From: Octopus vulgaris
Taxonomy: Eukaryota
Length of the DNA stretch: 64,000 nucleotides
Assembly: GCA_951406725.2 (NCBI GenBank)
Contig: OX597820.1
Span: forward strand, 89,776,001-89,840,000
Direction: 5' to 3'
Positions 47,665 to 61,534 of the stretch are shown here, in pieces; position 1 is the stretch's first letter, and the number at the start of each line of letters is the position of its first letter. The notes under the pieces were generated by a model, which saw only the letters and a program-made list of their open reading frames with translations, made no database searches and was not told where the DNA came from. The position numbers and the translations under genes were made by a program.

Positions 47665-47911
47665 TCTTTTTAATGGAGGCTCTGGGCCTAAAATTTCGGG
47701 AAAGGGAAATAATCGATTTCATCGACCTCGGTATTTCACTGGTACTTAATTTGTCGACCACTAAATGATAAAAATCAAAGTCGACCTCGGCGGAATTTGA
47801 ACCCAGAACGTATCGACGGGCCAAATACAGCAAAGCATTTCGTCTAGTCTGCTAAACATTGTGATAAGTATTTCGTCCAGCGCACTAAATATTCTGCTAG
47901 TTCGCCACCTT
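47665..47911 (-). mobile_element. SINE family S2 within AAT array
   Basis: ctggtacttaatttgtcgacc...aaagtcgacctcggcggaatttgaa...ctgctagttcgccacctt is the reverse complement of S2. Confidence 0.8.
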
Positions 47912-47924
47912 GGTAATAATAATG

Positions 47925-47997
<73 letters not shown>

Positions 47998-48005
47998 TAA
48001 TAAAT

Positions 48006-48560
48006 GCATTGATGCAGTACCACGCAGTGGCTCGCGTGGCTTCTGATCTTAACTGATTGGAAGTGTTATCATGTACATTGTTTTGTCTTAGTTTAGAAGA
48101 TGTGCCACAGCAAATATTCTGCTCAATACCAAAGATTTGCTTATCAGTTGTTTGACCGTAACCAGTTGAGCATGTCCCTTAGTGGCTGACGATATGTGCA
48201 TCTCCGATCACGAGCAGAAGTAGTGTGGTAGCATCATAGCCATGTGTTGAGAGGGATTCTTTGGGGTTTTAATAATTCAACTCTGGAAACATGTGTATTT
48301 TGTTCAACATCCTGAAACAACCCCTATTCAGGGACGTTTTGAGCGGGATGGGTTACTCGACCAGAAGAAAATACCAACTAGGCCCTAACTGCAAGGTCAT
48401 GTGCTGTTTATCTTGATATGAGATCATCATGTCGCGCACATATGGTTGTGATGCATATGCTTAGTGTAACCTTATCAGACGGGTAGTCATGATGTGTATA
48501 CTGGGTTTCGTTTATTTTACCCCAGGTGTCACTTTGATGGCGTGCACTACTCTCTCACTC
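48006..48560 (+). mobile_element. N555 element copy 2, embedded in (AAT)n on both sides
   Basis: Homology to 29197-29751. AAT arrays at 47914-48003 and 48564-48962. Confidence 0.9.
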
Positions 48561-48563
48561 ATC

Positions 48564-48627
<64 letters not shown>

Positions 48628-48746
48628 GTAATAATAATAATATTAATAATAATAATAATAATTATTATTATTATAATAATAATGATAATGATAATAATAA
48701 TAATGATAATAATAATAATAATGATAATAATAATAATAATAATAAC

Positions 48747-48784
<38 letters not shown>

Positions 48785-48819
48785 TAATAAGAATAATAAT
48801 GATAATAATAATAATAATA

Positions 48820-48856
<37 letters not shown>

Positions 48857-48873
48857 TAACAATAATAATAAAA

Positions 48874-48962
<89 letters not shown>
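48564..48962. repeat. Long imperfect (AAT)n array
   Basis: Seen directly. Confidence 0.95.
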
Positions 48963-49535
48963 TGCTACAAATTGTGGCGATACGACCAGGTAGTTAAAGC
49001 GCTACATTGGTAAATAGTAGGGCTGGAGAGGTGCAAGACGTGGTACGAGCACAGACCGCAGAGAATGGTAAATTCGGAGACTGTCAAAATCCTCTGGGAT
49101 TTCCCAATCCAAACAAATAAGGTTCTACAGCATAATAGAGCGGACAAGGTGCACCACATATGCTATATAGTTGACGCTTTATGCTACTTTGACTAAAGAA
49201 TAGTCAAGAAAGAAGACGGAAACATAGATAAATGCAACCCTTTTAAGGACGAAATAGCGCGGCTATGGAAAATGAAAAAGGTGAAGATAGTGCCAATTAC
49301 CGTTGAGTCCTTAGGAGCAGCATCGGAAGTCATCAAGAGGAATATAAAGGAAATTGGAAAAGAGTGCCCAGTAGAACTGTTACAAAAGTTTTGCCTCCTT
49401 GGCGCAGCCCAAAATAATCAGGAAAGAATTAGCCGAAAAGAACGAATAGCATGGTATTATAGCCTGCTACGCAGTGAGCCCGCTACGCATGCAAGACTCC
49501 AGGAACTCCAACAGAACCTGTGATAAAGTGAAAAT
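48963..49535 (+). mobile_element. 5'-truncated degenerate R4/Dong element (family F; RLE region + 3' UTR)
   Basis: RYDQVVKALHW, KILWDFPIQT, LWKMKKVKIVPITVESLG...LLQKFCLLGAA. Bounded by AAT arrays. Confidence 0.8.
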
Positions 49536-49538
49536 AAT

Positions 49539-49676
<138 letters not shown>

Positions 49677-49820
49677 CATATGATAATAATGATAATAATA
49701 ATGAGGTGGAAAAGGTGAGACTGAAGAAATTTACCTCAAACTGCAAGATGTTGAGCAATTATATAACAACAGCAAACAAAACAACAACAACAACAATAAC
49801 AATAGTAATAATAATAATAA

Positions 49821-49880
<60 letters not shown>

Positions 49881-50695
49881 GGAAGGAAGGCGGCTGGACG
49901 TGACAGGAAGGAAGGCGGCTGGACGTGACAGGATGGACGTATTTTTACGATGCTCTGAACTGGCAACAGCGAACCCAGCAGGTCAACTGTAGAAAACTGG
50001 AAGATCTACTGTTTACTGTAAGTAATTTGAATTACCCTCAAAATAAGTAAAAAAAAACTTACATATCTACAGCTCATACAAACGTACACCTAACAAGAAA
50101 AATTAGAAACATAAATATCTCCAATTCTGTGTGAACATTTACATTTAGTCGTCTCTCATGACTATAAGAATGTGTAAAATTGCCTTTTAAATTACCTTTT
50201 ATTGTAACAACACAATTAAATGCACGATAAAAAGTTATGGAATTAAGCACCTACTACTATATACATACAACTGAATTCAGAAATTTAAAAATATATACAT
50301 AACATTGAACTCAGAAAGTTATTTAAAAAAAGAAAAAAAAATCTTCGACGAAAACATCAGATAATATGTGTGAGTGAATATACATATATATACATATACA
50401 TATGCATGTGGTGAAGAAGAAAAGAGAAAGGAAAAAAAAAATAATAAATAAATAAATAAATAAACGTAAACAGGTTTGACCTTTTACTGACCATTAACGT
50501 CCTTTGTCTCCATCTACCGTGGCTATTTATAGACCCAAAGAACATGAATTCTTTAACCACCCATTCTCCAACACAATGGAGTGTTGATGGTGGCTGTGGC
50601 TACACATAAAACAATGTCATTGAAGATGATGATGGTGATGGTGATGTTGCTGATGATGGTGATGGTGGTGAAGATGATAGTAATAACAATAATAA

Positions 50696-53600
50696 CTGAC
50701 AGATCCCGTCTTTTTCCCTTTCTTTTCGTTTCCTTCTCCGTATTTTATTCTCATTATTTCGAACTAATACAGACACAGTAAGCCTTGAAGAAAGGAAGAG
50801 GAGGAAAGGAAAAAAAAAAAAAAAAAAAAAAAAATGTCCGGAGATAAAACTATCAACAAAAAAAATACAGACGAATATAGATCTGCTAGTCTTAAGAAGC
50901 GGCGCTATGAGCAATGCTTACACGTAGTGAACCCTAAACTGACAGATCCATCTCCTAATATAAGAATGGATGCTCGTCATGCTTCAAGGTCAACAAATCA
51001 AACAATAAACCGCATTGGTCATTGCGCGGATTACAAAAGACCACGTACCCGAAAATTGAACCAAATCCTGATTGAAAAATCAGTTACTGGATCAAATCTT
51101 CCCAACACACAGGAGCTGGACGAACCCCACAACCGGAATATTCCAACAGATGGCCATCCATGCTCATCACCAAATAATCAAAAGAAAAAGAAGGAAAAAT
51201 GGTCTAGGGAAGATAATAAAGAAGTTCTTGAGGCCTTCTACCATGCCATATATTTCCCCACAGATAAGTCTAGCACTGTACAAGCATACTTAAACTGGAG
51301 ACAGAAACACCCTGAAGTAAGACCCTACATAGACAGTAACAAGCTTGCCAATGTTAGAAGAAACATTATAAAAAAGAAATTACTGACTGAAGTAGAGATT
51401 GATCAGGTTAGACAAGCAATATCGGATAAAATGAACGAAGCTGCAGCTAGAGAAGATAATACAGAGGAAATGATTATAGACCAGCCCAGGGCGGATAAAA
51501 ACGAAGAGAGGATTGAAAGAGTTAGTATAAGTGATAGGCAAAGTGAAATACGCCCTGAACCAATCATAAACACTAAGACAGATGAGCATCAAATAGATAA
51601 AGAAAGTCACACAAATATTGACCCAACAGAACTACATGAGCTAAAAAATCAAATCATGATTGAATGGCTGAAAATTAAAGAAACCAGCATGGATGAGCGT
51701 GATACACTTCCTAAAATCCGCAACTCTAACCAAAACATGAAAATAATTGGTAAAATCCGGCTTGCACTTAAGGATATAATTTCAGTTAATGATGTTGATA
51801 TCACAAACCTCAACCACCTATACTATGCATCCGCGAAAATCTCAACGATCCTATGTGGTGTAAAGATTAGAAAACGGCAACAGTCCCACAAAAAGCCTTC
51901 TTGGCAAGAGCGTCTGCAACAACAAATTAAAATATTTAGATCTGACATTGAATATTTGAAAAACCTTAAGGCTCACAAGATTACCAAACCTACAAAAACC
52001 CAAAAATTACTGAAAAAATACAATATGAAAACTATACTTGATATTGATGCCACCATAGAAACCATCAAACAAAAGGTATCTGCCAAAGCTGCCCGCATAG
52101 CGAGGTATGAAAAGCGTGTTAGATTTTTCAAGGACAACAACATGTTCAAAAATAACACCAAGAATTTTTACCGGAAGATAGGAAAAACAGCGTTTACTGC
52201 AGGGTCTGTACCATCAAAAGAAGAAGTGCAGAGATTTTGGAATAAAATCTGGGCAGAAGAAAAAACACACAACGAAAAGGCCCCTGGATTGACAGAATAT
52301 CTACAGAACTGGACCCCTTAGAAGAGCAAAAGTGGGAGGGTGTCAAGGTAGAAGATATAAGATCTGCTCTCAGGAGGTCAAGCAAATGGAAGTCTCCAGG
52401 AAAGGATAAAATTCCTAACTTCTGGCTGAATGCCTTCCCAGAGAGCCATGAACTGCTAACAGAACTGTACAATGATGTTTTGCAACACCCTAGTAGGATG
52501 CCTCCTTGGCTAGTTAATGGGTTAACATTCCTGCTTCCAAAAAGTGAAGAAACAAATGAACCAAAAAACTATAGACCCATAACCTGCTTAACAACTATGT
52601 ACAAAACACTAACATCTGTCCTGACGGAATATACCTATAGTTTTTTAACAGACAGCAGCATATTCCCTAATGAACAGAAAGGATGTAAACGTGGATCCTA
52701 CGGCTGTAAAGACCAACTACTCATCAATAAGATGATCTTAGAAGATTGTCACAAACGACACAAAAACTTATCAATAGCCTGGATAGACTATAAAAAGGCT
52801 TTTGATAGCCTACCACATAGCTGGATTAGAAAATGCCTTGAAATGTATAAGATAGCACCAACTCTGCGAAACTTCTTGACTGTAAGTATGAGATCATGGA
52901 GAACCACACTAACTCTGAACAGTGACAGTGAATTCCTAAATGCTGGTGATGTAAAAATTTCGTGTGGCATTTTCCAGGGTGACTCACTGTCACCACTCCT
53001 CTTTTGTTTATCCTTAATACCTCTCTCAAAGCTGCTCAATGACGCGCAGTACGGGTATAAAATGTTTGATAAAAATATAAATCATCTCGTTTACATGGAT
53101 GATTTAAAGCTTTTTGCAAAAAATGATCAACAACTCAAGGGCTTACTAGCGATAGTCAAACAATTCAGTGACGACATCAGAATGCAATTCGGCCTCGATA
53201 AATGTGCAAAGGCTACCTTTATCAAAGGAAAAATGACAGAAACATCTAACGTTAACCTTGACCAACAGAATGTCATAAAAGAACTAGACCCAGCGGAGAG
53301 CTACAAGTACCTAGGGATAATTGAAGGGAACGGAATAAGGCATTCAGAGATGAAGGAAAGGATCAGGAGAGAATGCTATCGAAGAGTGAGAGCAATACTC
53401 AAGACAGAGCTGAATGCAAGAAACAGGATCGAAGCAATCAATGCATTAGCTATACCAGTCGTGACTTACAGTTTCAATATTGTTAACTGGTCAATTACTG
53501 AAATATGTCAGCTCGACAGAAAAATAAGGAAACTGTTGACAATGCATAGAATGCACCACCCTAAGGCAGATACAGAACGACTCTATCTGCCAAGAAAAGA

Positions 53601-54874
53601 GGAGGCCGTGGTCTTTTGCAACTGGCAATAACAATGAAGATTGCTACAATTGGCCTAGACACCTACCTGAAAAACTCTGAGGACTGGATGCTAAAACTTG
53701 TCTCAAAACATGAAAACAAGAAAGCATCATACTCAGTCACAAAACAGGCAAAGGAATATCTAAGTGAATTCCGAATACAACCAATTTCGGAGATAGATAT
53801 ACAAGAAACAAGCACAGAAAAAGCTAGGCGCATGAAAACCCGTGCCAAAACTGCGGCCTTAGATATTCTGAATAATAAATGGCAAGAAAAACCTCTCTAT
53901 GGCAAATACCCAAAGAGAGCGAATAATGCAGATATCGACAAAGCCCTGACCCATCAATGGCTAATGGCCTCTGGCTTAAAATCTGAAACAGAGGGGTTTA
54001 TCATAGCAGCTCAAGATCAATGCCTACCAACAAGAAACTACCAGGCCAACATATTAAAGATCAGAAGCAGTCCAACGTGTCGTGTATGCAAGCAACAAAA
54101 TGAAACCATTGACCATGTGGTCTCCAAGTGCAGTCTTCTAGCGCCTACAGAGTATCTCAACAGGCACGATAGAGCTGCACAATATATTCACTGGGTAATC
54201 TGTAAAAACCTGGATTTGCCCCATGAAAAAAACTGGTGGGAACACAAACCACCCCCAGTGCTTGAAAATGACCACATCTCACTCCTCTGGAACTTCACCA
54301 TTCAAACTGACAGGAAGATAGATGCAAATAGGCCAGACATCATATTGAAAAACTTCAAACAAAGAACATGCCTCCTCATTGATATGACTGTCCCAATCGA
54401 TATAAACGTATCTGTCAAGACCTACCAAAAACTGAGCAAATATAAAGATCTTGAAATAGAAATCAGCAAAATGTGGAAGCTGAAGACTAAAACAATACCT
54501 GTTGTCATAGGTGCCCTGGGAATGATAGCAAAAGGGGCTGATAGCTACCTAACTCAGATACCAGGAAACCCAAAAATGGCAGAAGTTCAAAAGATAGTGC
54601 TCATGGGAACTGCTCATATCCTACGCAAAATACTCTCTATGTAATCTCAAGGTTTAAAACAAACATAATTTTCGGTTTAAAAAAAAAAAAAAAAAAAAAA
54701 AACCTTTTTTTTTTTTTTCTTTTTAGACATTCATTAGTACAACATCCCCACCCCCCAAATATATGGCACACTAGGCATAACAACAACATGAACTTCCAAC
54801 CCTGTTGTCTCTTGAGGTCTCTGGGTGAGACTTGGAGCCAACTTGTACAAATATAAAGCAAAAGTCAAACATAG
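50696..54874 (+). mobile_element. Near-intact full-length R4/Dong-clade RLE non-LTR retrotransposon (family B)
   Basis: Begins after taataacaataataa and ends ...gtcaaacatag(AAT)n; encodes the complete domain set (see CDS). 5' boundary approximate. Confidence 0.95.
50834..54644 (+). CDS. R4/Dong RT-RLE polyprotein, ~1270 aa if two single-base deletions (~52282, ~53601) are restored
   Basis: KWSREDNKEVLEAFYHA N-terminal motif; NYRPITCL, QKGC, WIDYKKAFDS, GIFQGDSLSPLLF, YMDDLK, FGLDKC, YKYLG; CRVCKQQNETIDHVVSKC; RHD; ANRPDII, LIDMTVP, KLSKYKDL. No in-frame stops in the joined frames. Confidence 0.85.
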
Positions 54875-54907
54875 AATAATAATAATATTAATAATAATAA
54901 TAATAAT

Positions 54908-55747
<840 letters not shown>

Positions 55748-56289
55748 GCAATAATAATAAAGACAATGATGATAATGAAGTTGCACCTGCGGCTGCTGTT
55801 AATGACGATGATGATTGAGATGATGATAATGATTATGATGATGATGATGATGATGATGATTGTAATGATGATGATGACAACAAAGAATATGGCTGTAACC
55901 TCTGTGCAATATATTGACATTCTGTCGTAACTTAAAACTGATAAAAACTTGTAGAAAAATATATCAAGCAGAGTACATTGCAATGACCTCGCGAATATTG
56001 ACTGAATAAAAGATCAAGGCAAGCAATGAAAATCTAATTACCGAATTAAATTTTCGATGTCAGTCTCAACCTCTTCTGAAAAAAAATGACCTGCAAAGGG
56101 ACCGAGAAACTGTCAAACTAAAATTGCCATTTAATAAAAAAAAGCAAATAAATAAATATATAAATAATAAAAAAACAGACGTCGATGCCAAATAAAAACG
56201 AAAAAAACGAAAAACAACAAGACTATAACAAAGTTAATCAGAAACTATACGATATCTTACATATCGAGCACAATCCAAAATATAATGCT

Positions 56290-56718
56290 TGTCGAACAGC
56301 CAAAAGCTTATGTAAACATCTTCATTCAATACCTGTAAAAGAATTTGGAAATTGAAGTAAATATAAGGACAGGGAAATTGAAATACAAAAGATGTGGCAT
56401 CTTAAAGCGCGAACTGTTCCTGTTATTGTGGGTGCCCTTGGTTTAATAAGAAAGGGACATCTAAATAATATCCCAAGAGAACTATGTCTCAGAGAAATCC
56501 AAAAGATTGTGCTGACAAGTACTGCCTACATCCTTAAAATATCCATATCAATTTAAATGTATACGTTGTATTGCATGAAGATATTTCGCTACTGCCCCTG
56601 CCACATTCCCTTCCCAAACTTTCAGTCGTACTGAAAATTCTCTTATTCTTTACTCACCCTTGGTCTCTGGGTGTGTCTCGACGAGTGATTGTAACAAACA
56701 TGCAGATTAACAGTAGAT
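56290..56718 (+). mobile_element. Dong family D fragment (copy 2; RLE C-terminus + 3' UTR)
   Basis: KYKDREIEIQKMWHLKARTVPVIVGALG, EIQKIVLTSTAYILK; 3' UTR matches 41420-41580; followed by an AAT array. Confidence 0.85.
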
Positions 56719-56735
56719 AATAAAATAATAATATC

Positions 56736-56810
<75 letters not shown>

Positions 56811-56811
56811 C

Positions 56812-56889
<78 letters not shown>

Positions 56890-56904
56890 TCTTATTATTA
56901 TTAT

Positions 56905-58580
56905 CACCAATGAAGTCATACTGGGAAGCGATATGGAGCAAACCAAAATGACACAACAAAAATGCTCAGAAATCATGGACACATTGAGGCGTACCAGCAA
57001 ATGGAAAACTACAAGGATAGACAAGGTCCCCGACTTTTGGTTGAAACACCTCACCAGTAACCACTTAGCGGCAGCGTTCAATTTATTGATAAGTGAGCCA
57101 GAATCACTACCAAACTAGATGCTGGAAGGGCACACCACCTTAATTCCCCAAAATAGAGATACCGAACACCCACAAAATTAGAGACCAATAACATGCCTAT
57201 CAACATCTTATGGAACCCTATTATCAGTCGTCTATAACCGGCTTATAGAGTACCTGGAAAACAACAATGTTTTACCAGAAGTATAAAAAGGGTGCCGGAG
57301 AGGGATGTATGACGGGAAGGAGTAATTTATGGTAAACCGAGCAATTATAAAGGACTGTAAAAGGAGAAAGACAAACCTGAACATGACTTGGATAGATTAC
57401 TAGAAAGTATTTGACAGTATTCCAAACTCATGGATAATGGAATCTCTTCACACAAATAAGGTAGAAAGACAAAACACTTCAAAACTGAATCACAAAAAAT
57501 ACTAAAGTAGAAATTAAGAGCAAAATCAGTTGATAGCCAGTAACATTTAAGGATTGACATAGGGGAATTGAGCCTAAGTAAAATGTAACAATGGCTCAAA
57601 AGCTCTGGACTAAAAACCGAAACGGAAGGACTGATTCTCACTGCACAAGACCAATAATTATGAAAATAATTATGAAAACAAAATAATAGAAACAGGCCTC
57701 GGTACCAAAAGCAGAATGTACAACCAGCACAATCAAACAATTAGCCACAGCATCTCAGGCTGCTCAAGCCTTGCCAAGTCTGAATGTGTATACAGACTGG
57801 ACAAAGTAAGCAGTTATATCCACTAGACAACATGCCAGCATTACAGCATCAAAACTAGCAGCAGGTGGTATATTTAGCCAGGCAAGGTAAAAGACAACAA
57901 GCAGGCCACAATCATCTGGGTTATGCCGGTTCAAACCGACAAAGAGATAGAAGCTAATCGGCCGGAGATAATATTCAAGTATTGGGGAATAAAAACATCA
58001 GCTTACTGATAGACATTGCAGTCGTTTTTGATCAAAATATTGTCAAAAAGGAAATGGAAAAATTATCGAAGTACAAAGACTACGAAATTGAAATATTCAA
58101 AATGTGAGGCAGGAAGATAAAAACAATACCAATAATAACTCGAGCATTGGGCATGATAAAAGATCATATGAACAAAAATGTAGACGGTATACCTGGATAC
58201 TCAACACTAAACACTGTCCAAAAAATAACCCTGCAATGAACGGCGCACATCCTACGCAAGACACTATCAATCCAATAATACAACCTAAGCAAAACAGCTC
58301 AGAAATACAAGACACTCTATACAACATTTACCCAGTGAAATAAAACTCTCACCAGCAATCTAGAAAATCAAAGAATTATTCAACACACAATACAAGCAGG
58401 AACACAACAAAAGACAGCACCACACCTCAAGGAATAAAAACTAACATAATGCTGTTCCGGGAAGAGTTCGTACATTCCCAACAGCAGGAAAGAAGACACA
58501 ATGCTGCACACAACCCAGCAAAATAGATGTGTAGGAGGCTATGCAGTAGAAATTTACTTCAATCTACCAAATATTAAGTA
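56905..58580 (+). mobile_element. Degenerate, internally deleted R4/Dong element (family E)
   Basis: SKWKTTRIDKVPDFWLK, RPITCL, WIDY*KVFDSIPNSWI, QWLKSSGLKTETEGLILTAQDQ, ANRPEII, KLSKYKD. Preceded by an AAT array. Boundaries approximate. Confidence 0.8.
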
Positions 58581-58674
58581 GTAATATAATAACGTAAAAA
58601 TAATGATGATGATGATGACAACAACAACAGCAATAACAAAAACAACAACAACAACAATAATAATAATAATAAAT

Positions 58675-59233
58675 ACCATGATGCAGTACCTGTTAGTGGC
58701 TCTCACGGCTTTTGATTTTAACTGGCTAGAGGTGTTATCATGTACATGTTTTGTCTTAGTATAAAAGATGGGCTACATCAAATATTCTGCTCAATACCAC
58801 AGATTTGCTTGTCAGTTGCTTGACATTAATCAGTTGAGCATGTCCCTTAGTTGCTGACGATTAGTGCCTATCTGATCACGAGCAGAAATATTGTGGGAGC
58901 ATCATAGCCATATGTTGAAAGGAATTCTTGGGGGTTTGAATAATACATCTCTGGAAACATGGGTGTTACGTTCATCATTCTTAAACATACCTAATCCAAT
59001 GACCTTTTGGGCGGAACGGGCTATTCGACCCGAAACAATTTTACTACTGGGCTCCACCTGGAATGTCATGAGCTGTTTATCTCCATATGAAATCACCACG
59101 CCATGCACATATAGTGGTAATGTATATGCTTGGTATACTCTTATCAGATGGGTTCTCATGATGGATATATTGGGCTTTGTATATTTGTATCCCAGGGTCA
59201 ATTTGATGGTATGCACTGATTTCTCTCTCACTC
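58675..59233 (+). mobile_element. N555 element copy 3, AAT-flanked
   Basis: Homology to copies 1 and 2; ends ctctctcactc(AAT)n. Confidence 0.85.
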
Positions 59234-59304
59234 AATAATAATAATAAAAATAAAAATAATGATGTTAATAACAACAACAACAACAACAATTATAATTATA
59301 AATT

Positions 59305-59821
59305 ATCTTAACTCATTGGTAGTGTTATCATGTATATTATTTTGTCTTGGTATAAAAGATGGGCTGCAGCAAATATACTAATCGCTGCCACAGATTTGCT
59401 TGACAGTTATTTGTCCTTAACCAGTTGAACATGTCCATCGGTGGTTGACGATATGTGCATCTCTGATCACGAGCAGAAAATGTAGGGGAGCGCCATGGCC
59501 ATATGTTGAGAGCAATTCTGTGTTGAGGTTTAAATAATTCACCTTTGGAAACATGGGTGTTTCGTTCAACATCTTTAAACAATCCTTATTCAGGGACACT
59601 TTGAGCAGGATGGTATACACGATCTGTAGAAAATTCTAACTGGACTGCAGCTGCAAGATCTTGCGCTGTTTACCCTGATATGAGATCATCATGTGGCGCA
59701 CATATGGTTGCCGTGCATGTGCCTAGCGTACTCTTACCGTACGGGTAGTCATGATGGGAATACTGGGCTTCGTATATTTTACACCAGTGTCATTTTGGTC
59801 GCACGCACTGCTGTCTCATTC
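59305..59821 (+). mobile_element. N555 element copy 4, left-truncated, followed by (AAT)n
   Basis: Starts at atcttaactcattgg (~40 nt into the consensus); intact right end ctgtctcattc(AAT)n. Confidence 0.85.
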
Positions 59822-59910
<89 letters not shown>

Positions 59911-59920
59911 TAATGGTAAT

Positions 59921-60125
59921 AAAGACTGTGCTGACAAGTACTGCCCATATCCTTCAGAAACCCAATCAATTTAAATGCGTGTTGTATTACATAAGGATAT
60001 TTCCCTACTGCCCATGCCACTTCCACACCCCAAGCTTTCAGTCATAATGTTACATCTCTTATTTTTCTCTTACCCTAGGACAATGTATCTCGGCGAGTGA
60101 CTGTAATAAACACGAAGAAAAAAAA
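59921..60125 (+). mobile_element. Dong family D, extreme 3' fragment (copy 3)
   Basis: aagactgtgctgacaagtactgcccatatcctt plus the family-D 3' UTR, between AAT arrays. Confidence 0.8.
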
Positions 60126-60140
60126 TAAATAAACAACAAC

Positions 60141-60309
<169 letters not shown>

Positions 60310-60409
60310 GAATTTAACTTCTGTATGCACTGCAGGAACATGAAAATGCATCCGGGAGTTTTGTGTAAAAAAATTATCAAAAATACAAAAGAAGAGAGAT
60401 CCTTAATAA

Positions 60410-60530
60410 TTGGCAGGTACTTTATTTTATCAATTCCAAATGGATTAAAAGCAAAGCTGACCTGGGTGGGATGTGAATTCAGAATATAAATGCGCAGAAG
60501 ACTGTAATGCGTTTTGTCCGTCAACTGCTG
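60410..60530 (-). mobile_element. Highly degenerate SINE S2 remnant
   Basis: ggtacttattttatcaattccaaatggattaaaagcaaagctgacct...gtgaattcagaa resembles the reverse S2 core. Similar remnants lie near 19700 and 37200. Confidence 0.45.
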
Positions 60531-60569
60531 GAAACACAGAGGCATTAACCGGATTCACAAGACGAATTG

Positions 60570-61070
60570 TTAAGATTGAGATTCGGCTTAGAAAAGTGGT
60601 CAATTCAAAATTGAAGAGAGGAAAATTAATTAAGCACACTAATAACATTCTAGATAAAGAAACACAGATAAGAGAATTAAACCATATAAAAAGGTAGAAA
60701 TGAGTAGGAATCAATGAACCTGGCAATGTACAACAGACACACAAATTAATGAAAAGGCTACGAAGGAATATCATAGACGTATTTGATTAATACTTAAAAC
60801 ATAGCTATGTGAAAACAATACAGTAATAAGCAACAATGCTCTAGCTGTCCCATTAATAAGCTAATATTCTCAATTGGACACACTAAATGAATTAGCATGA
60901 TTAGGCACCAGAACAATAGAGAGAATGATTGCATTTAGAATGGACAACCAAAAAGATATGTGCCATGAAAACATGTTAGCAGGGAACGATTGCAACTAGA
61001 AAATTGTAAAATATTCTCAGTACGGTTCCGAAAATATCATGTAAAGAAGAACAGAAAAGTAATAGAAATA
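60570..61070 (+). mobile_element. Degenerate R4/Dong RT-thumb fragment
   Basis: FGLEK..KRGKLIKHTNNILDKETQIREL and NNALAVPLIS parallel family A (YGLEKC..KRGKLVKSSNITLDKTNEIKEL; INTLAVPVIS). Confidence 0.65.
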
Positions 61071-61079
61071 GTTTAATAT

Positions 61080-61251
61080 AGGCGTAGGTGTGGCTGTGTG
61101 GTAAGTAGCTTGCTTACGACCCACATGGTTCCGGGTTCAGTCCCACTGCATGGTACCTTGGGCATGTATCTTCTACTATAGCCTCGGGCCGACCAAAGCC
61201 TTTTGAGTGGATTTGGTGAACGGAAACTGAAGAAGGCCCGTCGTGTATGTG

Positions 61252-61338
<87 letters not shown>

Positions 61339-61534
61339 ATGTGTTTGTGTGTCTGTGCTTGCCCCCCCGGCGTCGCTAGACAAGCGACGCTGTTCGACGC
61401 GGTTCGGCAAAAGTGACCAATAGAATAAGTATTAGGCTTACAAAGAATTAGTCCTGGGGTCGATTTGCTCGCCTAAAAGGCGGTGCTCCAGCATGGACAC
61501 ATTCAAAGGACTGAAACAAATAAACAGAATAAAC
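61080..61534 (+). mobile_element. tRNA-derived SINE family S1 with internal (TA)n(TG)n
   Basis: ggcgtaggtgtggctgtgtggtaag head, ggttccgggttcagtccc B-box, tail ggcggtgctccagcatgg...gactgaaacaa. Confidence 0.9.
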
